Of a DNA stretch of 64,000 nucleotides, positions 11,906 through 23,151 are shown one piece after another. Below the pieces are notes generated by a model that was not told where the DNA came from, ran no database searches, and was given only the letters and a program-made list of their open reading frames with translations. The stretch's first letter is position 1; each line of letters starts with the position of its first letter. The DNA comes from Lama guanicoe. Taxonomy: Eukaryota. Location of the stretch: assembly GCA_013239625.1 (NCBI GenBank), contig MU053934.1, forward strand, positions 9,383,352-9,447,351, read 5' to 3'. The position numbers and the translations under genes are program-made.

Positions 11906-14199
11906 GAGGGCCCTGCCCCCTTCCCAGCCCCCAAGGAAGCCTGGGCGGCATCCTCAGTGCAGCGCAGACGTCCCTGCACCTCCCCTGGGGTGTGAGCACC
12001 TCAGACTGTGTTCCTCATGCCTGGGAAACAGCGCAGGAGCCAACCGGAGCAGGGTGGAACCCCCAGATGAGGACATCTGACCCCCACCTAGCTGGTGGAG
12101 GGCCAGCCTGAGGTGCCAGGGGGTCCCCAGCAGGGGAGACATCCACAGAGGAAGTGCTCCCAGGAGGCCTGCGGCTGCAGCAGGGAGAGGGGCACAGTGC
12201 CTGGACAGGAGGCGGGAGGTGGGAAGCTGCGAGCTCCCCAGTTCCGGCTCAGGAGGGGACCACGCTGGTGGGTGGGGACCTGGGAGGCTCCGGATCTCAG
12301 GGTGGGGGCCGTGGAAGGAGTGCTGGCTGGGGCGTGTGGGGACAGGCGAGGCTTCCTCTGAGCTGGCGTGGCTCAGCCCAGCGTGTGCGGCGGGCCCCAA
12401 ACCCGACACCCGAGCCCTTTTAAGAATAAAAACAAATATTTGTGTTGCCTGTTGTGTGTGTTGGGGTTTAGTTTTCTCCTCAAGGCTAAAAATAGGCTCA
12501 TCTCCCGTCCCCGCGGGGATCCCTGCCCCGCCCGCCCGGTTGTGCCCGGCCTGGCCTGGCGCTCCGGGTCTCGTGCCAAGTTCTGACTTAACTGCCGGTG
12601 ACGGGAGCACAGAGGTATCAGAGAACGATTATAGGATTAAGGTGCCCATTACGGCTGCGCGGGAGGCAGGTCAGCGCCGGGCCGGCCAGGCCAGGGGCCA
12701 CATCGGGGCGGGGGCCCCCAGAGGGGCTCAGACACCATCCCGGCCCCCCTTCACCCAATGGCGATAATAACCCCCCTTCACCAACACACAAAGAGACAAC
12801 ACTAACGCAACCAGGGATCCTGGAAGAAGCCACGTCCCAGCTGAGGGGTGACAGGGGCCAGTGGGGGAGGGGGAGTAACAGAGGGAGCAGGGCCCCAAAG
12901 GAGGGGTGAGGGAGGGGCTGGAGATGGGTGAGGGTGGAGGGCAAATCTGGAAAACGTGATCGGTGGGTTCAAGGGGTCTGTGAAGCGATGGCGGGTGCAG
13001 CCAGGTGGCCTGGAGCCCTGGCTGCACCGGGTGCCCTGGGCAGCATTCCAGGGGTATAGCTGTGGTGTGAAACTGGGGGTCCTCAGGCAGGTGGGTCTGC
13101 CAGACTGTGAGGAGGAGCCCAGTGGCCCTGGGGAGCCAGTGGGGAGGGGCAGTTTGGGGGAGACACTGAGCGCCACCTGCAGGAGCCAGGGTGGGGGAGT
13201 CAAGGAGGTAGATGGCCACCCTGGCCATGGAGACAGAGCCTCGGAGTCATAGACACCTTGTGACCGTGAGAACCTGGAGGAGGGAGACAGAAAGGACCCC
13301 TGGGGCCCCTGAGGCCCAGCCTCAGTCAGAGGCCAGCAAGGGGTGAGGGGCCCTTGAAGGAACCAGAGAAGGGGAAGGGCACAAGCTGAGGGGGACCCCA
13401 AAGATGAGAAGGAGATGGGGACGGGGGCTCCTGAGGCCTGAGCTGAGCCAGATAATGGTCACAGGGAAATCTGTACACTGTAAGGAGCTGTGGGCACACC
13501 AGGGCGGGGCCCCTGGTATCTTTCCAGAGCCAGTGGGGCCTGCTCTGGTCGGGGCTGGCAAGGGTCGGTCCACAGGGAGAATTCCCCAGGGAGACGGCTG
13601 CCTTCGAGGGGGAGAGCGGGGAGGATGGGGAGGGGAGGGGCCCACCCACCCCTACAGCATCCCCTACCCCACCCACGAGCCGCCCTAGAGAAGGGAGGAC
13701 TAGCAAGGTGAGTGTCAGAGGGGTTTCCTGGTGTCCTTGTTTGACTGCCAGCCTGACCCTCTGCCCCTCAGTTGGACTGGACGGTGTGGGTGAGGAGGAA
13801 GGAAAGGCTGACGATGTCTTCTGAGCATCACAGGCCATCTCCCCGGACCCTCCTCACAGCCCCTAGGCAGGCACTCTTGTCCTGTCTTCCAGAGGCACTA
13901 TGGGCCAATGTCACAAAGCAAAGGATCAGCCAGCCACCCACTCCATCCACAGGCCACAGGGGTGAAGAAGGGCCAGGCCTGCTGAGCAGGAGGCCGGCCT
14001 GTGTCCTGGTCCCTCCCCAACCCCGTGTGCCCTGGGGCAAGTCCCTGCCCCCTGCACCTGAGGGGCAGCTGGGTGCCCAGCCTGGCCAGGCACTCCTGGG
14101 CCTTCTCCGGCCCTCTCCTCCCCAGGGTTACTGTCTAGGGCCTGATCAACTACAAAACTACACCCAGAATCCACGGCTTTTCCCACGACTGCAGCTCTC

Positions 14200-14820
14200 C
14201 CGGACAGATACTGTAGCCTCCTGACCCATCACCTTGCTTCCACCCCCCATCCCTTACCTTTCCCTGCACAGCAGCAGAGATCCTATTCAATCCTATCAGA
14301 GATGAAGGCGGACCACAGCATTGTCTGCAGAAAACCTCTAGTGCCTGTCACCAGGTGGATGCCCAAGTCCTCACGGTGGCCCATGGGCGCCCCAGCCTGC
14401 TGCCTGTCTTCCCACTTGTCCTCTGCCCTCCCACCCTCATTCTGTTCCAGACTCTTGCAGCTCCCCAACCCACCAACCATTCTCTCCCCTCCGGGCCTCT
14501 GGCCCGGCTGGTCCCTCTGCCTGGAACATCCTCTATGGCTTCCTCCCTTGTCTCCTTCAAGTGGTAGCTCATCCGTCGCACTGTGGTCCACTCTGAGCAC
14601 CCCCCATCTTACATAACCTGCCTTGGCTCGTCCTTAGCCCTGATTACCTTCTCCATGCCAAATACTTTATGGCTTATGATCTTTATTGCATTTCTAATAG
14701 ATGCTTGTTTTCTTATGTCTCTCCAAACTGTCAGCTCCCGTGGGCAAGACTTCTGCTGCATCCCTGCTGCCTGACATGGGAGGTGTACAATAATATTTAT
14801 GGGGAGCAAATGAATAAGGG
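14200..14820 (+). mobile_element. L2 3' fragment
   Basis: cacagcagcagagatcct, ctggaacatcctct, ctgtcagctcccgtgggcaagact, and the terminal caataatattt..atgaata motif. Confidence 0.7.
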
Positions 14821-15009
14821 TGAGACACAGTGCTTCGTGCCTTCAGAGGAAACTCCAGGGTCAGGCACAGGAGAAGAGGGCCTGGGCAAGGCAGCCTTCC
14901 CAGAGCCCAACACTGCCCATCCGCACCCGACCCTGGCCCAGAACTGTGACCTCTTCCAACCATAGAACCAAGACTTCCAGAACCCTAGACAGAAAGTGCA
15001 GACTCTCAG

Positions 15010-15140
15010 CATCTGAGAATCATGGAATCAGAACACTATGGGGGCTACACACCTCCTTCTTCACCACATAGAGATCAAACCATGCTTGAATTCCCTAGTG
15101 ACAGGGAACTCCCTCCTTCCAGGAGCTGAGGCAGTGAGAA
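15010..15140. mobile_element. CR1/L3-like fragment
   Basis: agaatcatggaatcaga and cttgaattccctagtgacagggaactccctcct resemble L3/CR1 3' sequence. Confidence 0.45.
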
Positions 15141-17764
15141 AGTCCTTCTAGTGTGGCCGGAGGCCTGCTCCCCACTGGACCTCCTAGGGATGCCCCCAAA
15201 GTCTCCTCGAGGAGTCGCACTGCAGACCCCGATGGCCCACAGGCCCTTCCACTAGAGCGAGATGAGGGAGTGCCCCTCCCAGCAGTGGGCACACTCCCAG
15301 CGCCTGGAGACAGTCCTGGTGACTCAGATCTGTCACCGCCTGCTGCTCTCCCTCTCCTAGAGTGTTTCTGTTGAGATTTAATCGATCCTCCTTCCCTGGG
15401 AACCCAGGAGGGGAAGCAGGCATCAGCTACCCTTTCTTTGTCAGGACCCATCGACAAGGCCATCCCCACTTCCTCAGTGGGCAGGGCGACCCCTCCCCAG
15501 ACTGGCTTACAAGGAGATCAATGTTCTGGCACTGGCCTTGGGAGCTCAAAGGGGGAGATGTGGGGAGCCCGGGCAGCCGGCTCAGTGCCCACCAGGCCAG
15601 GCCCATCTGGGTCTCATGAGGACCCTAGGAGCAGCCAGCCAAGTAGGACAACTGACAGCGCTGGCGACCAGGCCCAGCGGAGGGGTGGAGATGGGGAGGA
15701 GCAGCTTCAGGAAGGGCCCCAGTGCCCAGCCCTCCTCCCCACACCCCTCCCAGCCTGATGACTCTTGTGTGAGAGACTTTTCTACAAGGCTCCAGTGCAA
15801 GGTTCCCTTCTGTCCTTCCAGAACCTTCTGGAATCTTGTCAGCCATAGAGCAGCTCTCCAAGCTCCTCTCTCCCCATGACACACAACCCAGCTCCCTGCA
15901 AACTCCGTGCTCCGTGTCCCTCCAGCTAACTCCCAGTCCAAGCCCAGACCCCCACTCTCCGCCATTCCTGAGCCTGAGGCAGCTCTTTCCCTCCTGCCTC
16001 CTTCCCCACCCTCCTCTTTCCTTCCTTTTCTTTAATTCATCAGCCCAGATGCCAGCTCCTCCAGGAAGCTTTGCTGACCGCCCATGTTCCTGCAAGGTCA
16101 GTTCCCTGCCCTTCTGAGCTCCCAGCCCCTTCTCCCTCCACGGCAGCCTTGGGTATGACAGGGGTGGGAGGACACTAAGGGACTTGTTATTCATCACTCT
16201 GTCCCCCACCCTGGCCTGGGGCTATGAAGGGAGGACTTCATTACAAACTCAGCTCTGGGGCTCCGCCATGCCCAGCCAAGCTCTGGGCCCCGAGGCAATC
16301 AGTGGTGATGGATGAGGGAACGAAGGAATGTGGGAATGGACAGATGTGCTCTCCCAACCTGTTGGGTGGAAAAGCGGGTCTCAGGAGCCAGAAGTGAGGG
16401 TTTGAGCCAGAAGCCAGGGGAGGGACTTGGGCAAAGCCCCCCACCCATTCTGGGGCTGCAGGGTGCAGCACACGGCGGGGCAGCAGAATGGCCCCCACTG
16501 CAGCCCAGCCCCAGCAGCTCAGGCAGGGGGCTTCCAGAGCTGCAGACACTGGAGGCGCCTCCACAGGGGTCTTGCCCAGTGTTGCCCGCAAGACCCTCCC
16601 TCCCACTAGGCTAGTCCAGAAGGACTGGGGTCCTAGAGGCCACCCTCAGGCTGCAGGGTGGGTGGGCTGGCCACCTATGGGGGACGAGCAAGGCCGCCTG
16701 TGTCCAGCTCCTGGAGAGCGGCCCAGCCCTGGCCGCCCTGCCGGCCACCGGCCTCTGCCTGCAGGTGGAGTAAGAGGACTCCTGATCCTGGGCCGGCCTT
16801 GCCCGCATCTGGGCGGCTTCCTTGCGAGGCTGCGAGGGCTTTTTGTTCTCCAGAGTCCCAGGTGGCCAAGGACCACAGCTGTGCTCAGAGGGGCATGGAG
16901 TCCAGACCAGAAGAGGACAAGCCAGCCAGGGGAACGGGCCATGCAGTTCTGGCCTGAGTGCTGCTCACCCCTGACACCCTAGAAGCAGTGTTCCCCCAGG
17001 GCAAGCTGCAGGCGGGCCCTAAACCCCCCTCACCAGGGACTTCGGTGAGCCAGCTGCCCACCTCTCAGGCCTCTGCTGGGCACCGCCATGGGTGCCAGGC
17101 CTGCGACACCCCAAGACCTATGAGTCCTGGATGCCCAGGCAGGCAGCTCTGGGTCCCCAGGTCCTGCAAGCCCAGGGGCCTGCTGAGCAGGGAGGTGGCA
17201 TCACAGAGAAGGAAGGTGGGCACAAGCTCAGAGGGAGACGAGGGAAGGACAGCGCCGGTGGCGGGGGGAGACCCAAGCTGACGTCCAGCTGACGTCCTGG
17301 CTCCCGGGGGTCTTGCCCCAGGACTGGCTGTTCTGCTCAGGCGACCACTTTCCCCATCTGCCTGGGGGCAAGGCGCGCCAGCACTCACTCACCTCTCCTC
17401 CCCGTCCTGGGCCCCTCAGGCCCCCTGAACCACAGCTCCAGCCGCCCCAGGCCTGCTCAAACCAGATCACCATCCCCTCTTCCCTTCACCAGGCCCACAA
17501 CCCCATCCTCCTGACCCCCTCCCCACCTTCGAGCACCAGGAGTCATGAAATTCAGCCAGATGTCTAACCCAGATCCACCTGCCAATGTTTAACCCCGTCT
17601 TCCCTGTTCTGCCTTTGGTAGAAGATAGGTGTTGCTATCACCCCTCCCCAAGATCCACCTTGGTGGCCTCTGCCCACTCATCTTTGTGCGACCTCGGACA
17701 GAGCCCTGGGGCCGTCGTTTCCCCTCGTGGGAGGAGGCCTCTGACTTGGGTAGAAGGAAGACAC

Positions 17765-17910
17765 CAGAAGACCTGAATTAAAATCCTGGTTCTGCTTCTC
17801 ACCAGCTGCGTGACCTTAAACAGAATCTTTTCTTCTCTGTGCCTGGGTTTTCCCATCTATCAGATAGTGTTAGCACTGACCTATCTGGGGAAGGGGTGTT
17901 GTGCAGGTTG
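17765..17910 (+). mobile_element. MIR SINE
   Basis: aatcctggttctgcttctcaccagctgcgtgacctt..tctctgtgcctgggttttcccatct (MIR core). Confidence 0.7.
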
Positions 17911-20384
17911 TGGGTGCCCGTGGACCGGACCCAGTGAGTGGCGTGGTGGGGCGTGGTGCTCCCTGCTCACTTCCGGGGGCCCTCAGCCTGCTGGAGGCAG
18001 GGGCAGGGCAGTAACAGCAGTGGGACCTCTGCCCGTGAGGATGAGGGCCAGGACAGAGGGTGAGGGAGGGCAGGAACCCCAGTGATCTTGCTGGGGAAGG
18101 TGGGCATTAGGGGAAAGAGGCAGGTGGACAGGGCATCCCAGGCAGAAGGCGCAGCAGGAGCAGAGGCTGGGTGTGGGGAGGGGGTGAGATGGGCTTCTCG
18201 GGGGAGGGGAGGCTTGCCAGCAGGGCCAGGGGCTGAGCGTCAGGGCTCGGTAGAGGTTGGCTGTAGGAGATGAGGCAGAGGGTCAGGAAGGACTTTGAAG
18301 GCCACAGCAAGGAGAGAGCATCTGCCCACCACAGCCACAGGGCCACCTGTGAGCTCTGGCCACCAGACAGCAGCTGAGTGGACCGCCTGGGTAGCCCTGT
18401 GTGGGGACAGGGTGGGAGCCCCCTGATGCAAAAGCTCAGCCTGAGAGCAGAGCGTGGCCAGATGGAGAAAGAGGGAACCTGGGCCTGGCTGGACAGAGCT
18501 TACTCCCCTGTGCCCATTATACAGAGGGGAAGTTGAGGCTCAGAGAGGCCGAAGAGCAGGTCCAAAGCATTCTCTTGTCTCCCAGGCTGCCTCAGTCAGC
18601 AGCTGCACCCCCAGAAGGGGCTGCCTGCATAGGGCAGGAGTGGGAAGGAGATCTGGAGCCTCTGGAGGGGCCATGAACACCCCCTGTCCCCAGGAGCCAG
18701 ACCAGGGCCTGGCCTCCAGCAAGGCTGAATGAGTGAATGAACAAGTGAATGAATGAATGGGCTCTCCGTGCTGGCATCCCCACATCCTACCAGGGAAGCC
18801 TGCGTGACCCCCTCCTGCCTTGGGGATCCTATGCTCTCTTGGAGCGCGGTGGGAAGGCGAGTCTGGAGAAGGTGCATCCTGGGCAAATTCAGAGAGGCAG
18901 GAAGGCACCTGGCGTGCCTGGGGCCAGCTGGGAGCCGAGGGGCCCAGGTGACACTCTGGGGGAATGAGCCACCATGTTAGGGGTGCAGGGCCGCCTGGGG
19001 AAATGCTTCTGAAATATTAGCCTCAGAGGTCTGGGGGGTCAGGTGGGCCCCCAGGATGGGCCAGGCAGTGTAGACTCAACGTCTCGGGCTGGGCCCCTTG
19101 GAGGATGGGCTAGGCGGCCCCAGGAGGCCGGGGCTGGAGTTGAACCGTGGCCAAGAAATAAGTGCAGTCTGGGCACCAGGGCCGGGGCGTTCTCGGAGCT
19201 CTTTCCTCATTCCTGGCCCTGTGGGAGTAGCCGGACCCTGGCGTTCCGCTGCAGCCACCACCGCGGATTTGCTTACCGTCTCGTGGGGAACAGAGGCCTC
19301 CTGCCAAACTACCGCCCCCCGCCTGGCTCAGGCCCCACCAACCCTGTCGACCACCGAGTCCTGGCCCCAGCCACCTCCTGCTCCCAGAAACTGAGGCCAC
19401 ACGTGGGGAGGGCCGCAGCAGAGGCTGTGGTGCCTGGGTGTCAGGGACGGGCAGGACCTGGCCTCCAAACCCTGGGCTCTCGTCCATCTCCCCCGCACCG
19501 CAGCCTGGAAGGGTGCGTCTTCCTCCAAAAGCCCGCCTGGTGGCCCCTCTGCCGAGACCTGGGTTTGGGGCCAGGCTCCATGGGTGCCCAGGCAGACAGG
19601 GGCTGTTTGATCAGCGGTTCCGCCTGATGCCAGGCTGCCGGGACAGTGGGCAGTGGCCAAACCGGCCCCGCCGCATGCCTTCCGGCCCTCAGCAGGAATG
19701 CCATTCATCCTCCCTGCTCACACAGTTACCACAGGCAGAGGCCTGGCCTCTGGGGAGAAGTAGCGAGGCCTGGTGGCCAGTCAGGGGCCTCTGAGCTCCC
19801 AGGAGCCTCAGGCTGCCTTCCCATACCTGGAGAGGGCAAGGAGCGCCCCAGGGGGGGCACTTGAGTCAAAACCCACCAGCCACACTGGGACAGACCCACA
19901 GGGACCCTGAGGCCAGAGCCCAGCTGGGGTCAGAAGGGGAAGGGAGGCACAGAGGGAGACAGCTGGGGCTGGGGCCTCCAGGCTGCGGTTCGCCTACCCC
20001 TGGGCTCCCCCTTCTCCTGAGAGCAGCCCCAACTCAGCCCCATGGCACCAGGCCAAGGCCCTCCTGTCCCTGCATCTTGACCCAGGCTGTCTAAGGAGGC
20101 TTCAGAGTCTGGACCCAGCCCCCACAAGTAGCTGGGGGCAGGTGGGACAAGATTCCCCCGTGCCTCCCCCCCAACCCATGGGACCTGGGAAAGGTGGGGG
20201 GGGAGGGCGGGGTAGAAGGGACCTTCAGCATGGCCCAGCCCAGCTCGCAGAAAGGGGAGAGGAAGTCGGAAGGGCGGGAGCCACATGAGGGCTGAGGAGG
20301 GTGGGGGGCTGTCCTGGAGGGGTAGCTCCTGTGTCCCCCCTCCCAGGGGCAAGCTCTGCAGGGAAATCGCGGGGGCTCCACACA

Positions 20385-22671
20385 CACTCACTCCTCTGGT
20401 TCCAGCTTTATTGGAGCTGAGCGCTCCCCTCCCGGGGAGGCCAGACACAGCCCGTCAGAAACCTGCCAGGTCTCCTGGAGTGGGACACTGCAGGGACACG
20501 CAGCGCCTCGGCCACCACCATCCCACCTGGGCCATAGTGCCACCCTCACCCCCACCCAAGGGAAGGGCTGCTGCTGGCACACTCTGCGGGGAGGGTGGGG
20601 TGTTGGCAGGGGCACCTGGTGGCCAAGGGACAGTGGGATGACTTGGTGGCATCAGGGGCCACCAAGGGTCCAAGGGTCTGTTTCAAGCAGAAGGAGGGAC
20701 CTGGCTCGGGAACAGCTCAGCCATCCCCCCCGCCCCCAGTACCCAGTGTAGGTCACAATAATTTAAAAGACACTATAGACATTTCGACGCTATATAACAA
20801 TATAAGTTAACCAGTTTCCTTGGCAGAGGACGCTAGGCAGGGGTGTCCTAGGACCCAAGGTTGGGGGAAAGGGGACCGGGGGGCATTCACAGTGGCCTGG
20901 AAGCTCCCAGGACAGCAGCTTGTGGAGTGTCCTGGCATCATCAAGGCAGGCAGGGTGGACGCCAGGTCCAGGGCCCAGTGTCAGTCACCCAGGCTAATGT
21001 CCAGCCCACTTGACTGATCAGTAGCCTGAGGACACATTTCCATGGGTTTCTGTGAGAAAATACCCTAAATTCAGGGTGGGGACGAGTGTGTGGGCAGTGC
21101 AGGGTGCACCATAAGCTGGCTGCACTCCATCGTTTCTGGCCCTGGACATGTCACTCTCTCTGCGCCTCAGTCACCCCAAGGAGAGTTGGAGCACTGGCAG
21201 AGACGTCCAGCCCGGAGTTTCCAGGCTCCCAAGCTCTCCCAACCCACACACGGTCTAGAACCAAGCAGGACCTCTTTCCATGCCTGTCCCCCAGGTTGTG
21301 GGGTGATTCAGACTCCAAGGGAGGGTCTGCATGGTATGCGGGCTGTGGTAGGGGGAAGTCTGGAGGGCAGGTATCTGCTGGGACAGCAAGTGGGACCCCG
21401 GCAGAGCAGACACCCTGGATCTGAGTCTCCTCAGCATCTGGATCAGGACGAGAGGACAAGGACCGGGTAAGGAGACCACCAGAGAAACCCTCAAAGGCAC
21501 CTTGAGGGGGCGTGGACCCCAGTGAGGCTGGCAGCAGAGGGGGCGTGGCCAGATCTTTCAAGGCCTGGGGGCCACCTCTCACCTGGGCATCCCCAGAGCA
21601 CATCCTTCAAGATCAGGAGCCCTGGGATAGGGGTCAGCAAGCCTGAGCCAAGGCAGGAGCCTCCACTCACGGCCTTGGGGGTCTCTGGCTCGTGCTTGAG
21701 CCATTCTGGGCCTCACTGTCTGCATTTGTCAAATAAGGCAAACACCCTGAACTATCCCCCATTCCACCAGCCTGCCTCGGCACAGCACTGTCCTGGGGGT
21801 CCGACTGGCTCCAGGGTGGGAGGGGGCTCTGTAAACTAGGGGGTGCCAGGCCAGTGAGGGGTTTGGAAGGGCAACAGCATTAGGGAGGGGATGCAGGACC
21901 CCTGAAACCTGACATGGGTGACATTTTGATTTGCTAGATATGAATTTCAAAAAGAAGGGAAGAGAGGGCCAGAGATCCCTGTCCATGGTGCTCCTCAGAG
22001 GCTGTCTTGGGCCATGTCGGCCACCAAGCCCCTGCCCAGCTCACCTGGGGACCACATGAACTGCCACCTCCCCCTGGGACAGAGTCATACACAGAGATGC
22101 TTCCATGGGTACCCAGAGGCCAGAAGAGGAAGCAGAGGGTGGCCAGGGGATGAGCCAACAGAGTACGGAGTTAGGACCGGCTACGCCTTAATGCTAAAAT
22201 CCTCTTCTGATACTAAGAAAACATAAATAATTTTTGTCAACATCTGCCCAGACCACCCCAGAGCCCAGTGACTGATGCGGCCTGGGAAGCAGTTTTTCTG
22301 TGTCCATACCACCAGGTGGGGGAGGAGAACACTCAGAGTCTTGTCGCTTTGCTTTTCAGGGTATGTGTGTGTCCTTGAGGTTCACTTTCCCCGAGAAAAG
22401 AAAAAAAATTCACTGGGCGGGTTCCGGGACACCAGGCCATTGGCCTTGCCCTCTCAGTGATGGGCACTGTTCCGCCATGGCAAGGGACAGGAATGGCAGG
22501 AGGGAGGCCCTAGAGGGCAGAGAGAGGGTGATCGGCCCGTGGGAGTCCTCCAGCGCCGGGGGCTCCCACCTTCTCCACTCACCTCTGCCCACAGCCCAGT
22601 GGCCAGGAGCAGATGTGCACAGCGCCGCGGGGCGGGGCGGCGGGGGGAGTGAAGGGGCGGGGCGGAGGCGC
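20385..22671 (-). other. WNT7B: WNT7B 3'UTR (~2.3 kb; 3' end approximate)
   Basis: Runs from the stop codon to the first sense-strand AATAAA I could find, which is followed by a GU-rich tract. Confidence 0.7.
20407..20412 (-). terminator. Polyadenylation signal AATAAA of WNT7B
   Basis: Plus-strand tttatt. On the minus strand it is followed about 20-35 nt later by gagtgagtgtgtgtgg, a GU-rich downstream element. Confidence 0.72.
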
Positions 22672-23151
22672 TCACTTGCAGGTGAAGACCTCGGTGCGCT
22701 CGCTGCACGTGTTGCACTTGACGAAGCAGCACCAGTGGAACTTGCAGTTGCACTGCCAGACCTTGGTGTACTGGTGGGTGTTGTAGCCGCGGCCGCAGCA
22801 CATGGTGTCGCAGCCGTCGGCGCCGGGGGAGGTGCGGTTGCAGAGGCGGCCCTGCGTGCCCACGCTGCCGGTGGCCGCGTCCTCCTCGCAGTAGTTGGGC
22901 GACTTCTCGATGTACACCAGGTCCGTCTCCATGGGCTTCTGGTAGCTGCGCAGCTGTTTGATGCGCAGGAAGGTGGGCTGCCGCAGGCGGCTGGCCCGCA
23001 CCACCTCCACCTGCACCGCCACGTTGTACTTCTCCTTCAGCAGGTGGCCCACCTCGCGGAACTTGGGCAGCGTGGTCCAGCAGGTCTTGGTGGTGCAGGA
23101 GCCCGACACACCGTGGCACTTACACTCCAGCTTCATGCGCTCCTCCAGGAC
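22672..23151 (-). CDS. WNT7B: WNT7B exon 4 coding part (480 nt including TGA): [19 protein letters not shown]...[14 protein letters not shown]
   Basis: Wnt signature [10 protein letters not shown], with the lipidated Ser codon TCG at 23104-23106. Wnt7b-type linker [23 protein letters not shown] and Cys-rich C-terminus. Acceptor ccgcag|GTC at 23152/23151, stop TGA at 22674-22672. A 71-nt exon 1 plus 227+272+480 gives 1050 nt = 349 aa, the canonical length. Confidence 0.98.
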   Translation of the reverse strand, partial: VLEERMKLECKCHGVSGSCTTKTCWTTLPKFREVGHLLKEKYNVAVQVEVVRASRLRQPTFLRIKQLRSYQKPMETDLVYIEKSPNYCEEDAATGSVGTQGRLCNRTSPGADGCDTMCCGRGYNTHQYTKVWQCNCKFHWCCFVKCNTCSERTEVFTCK

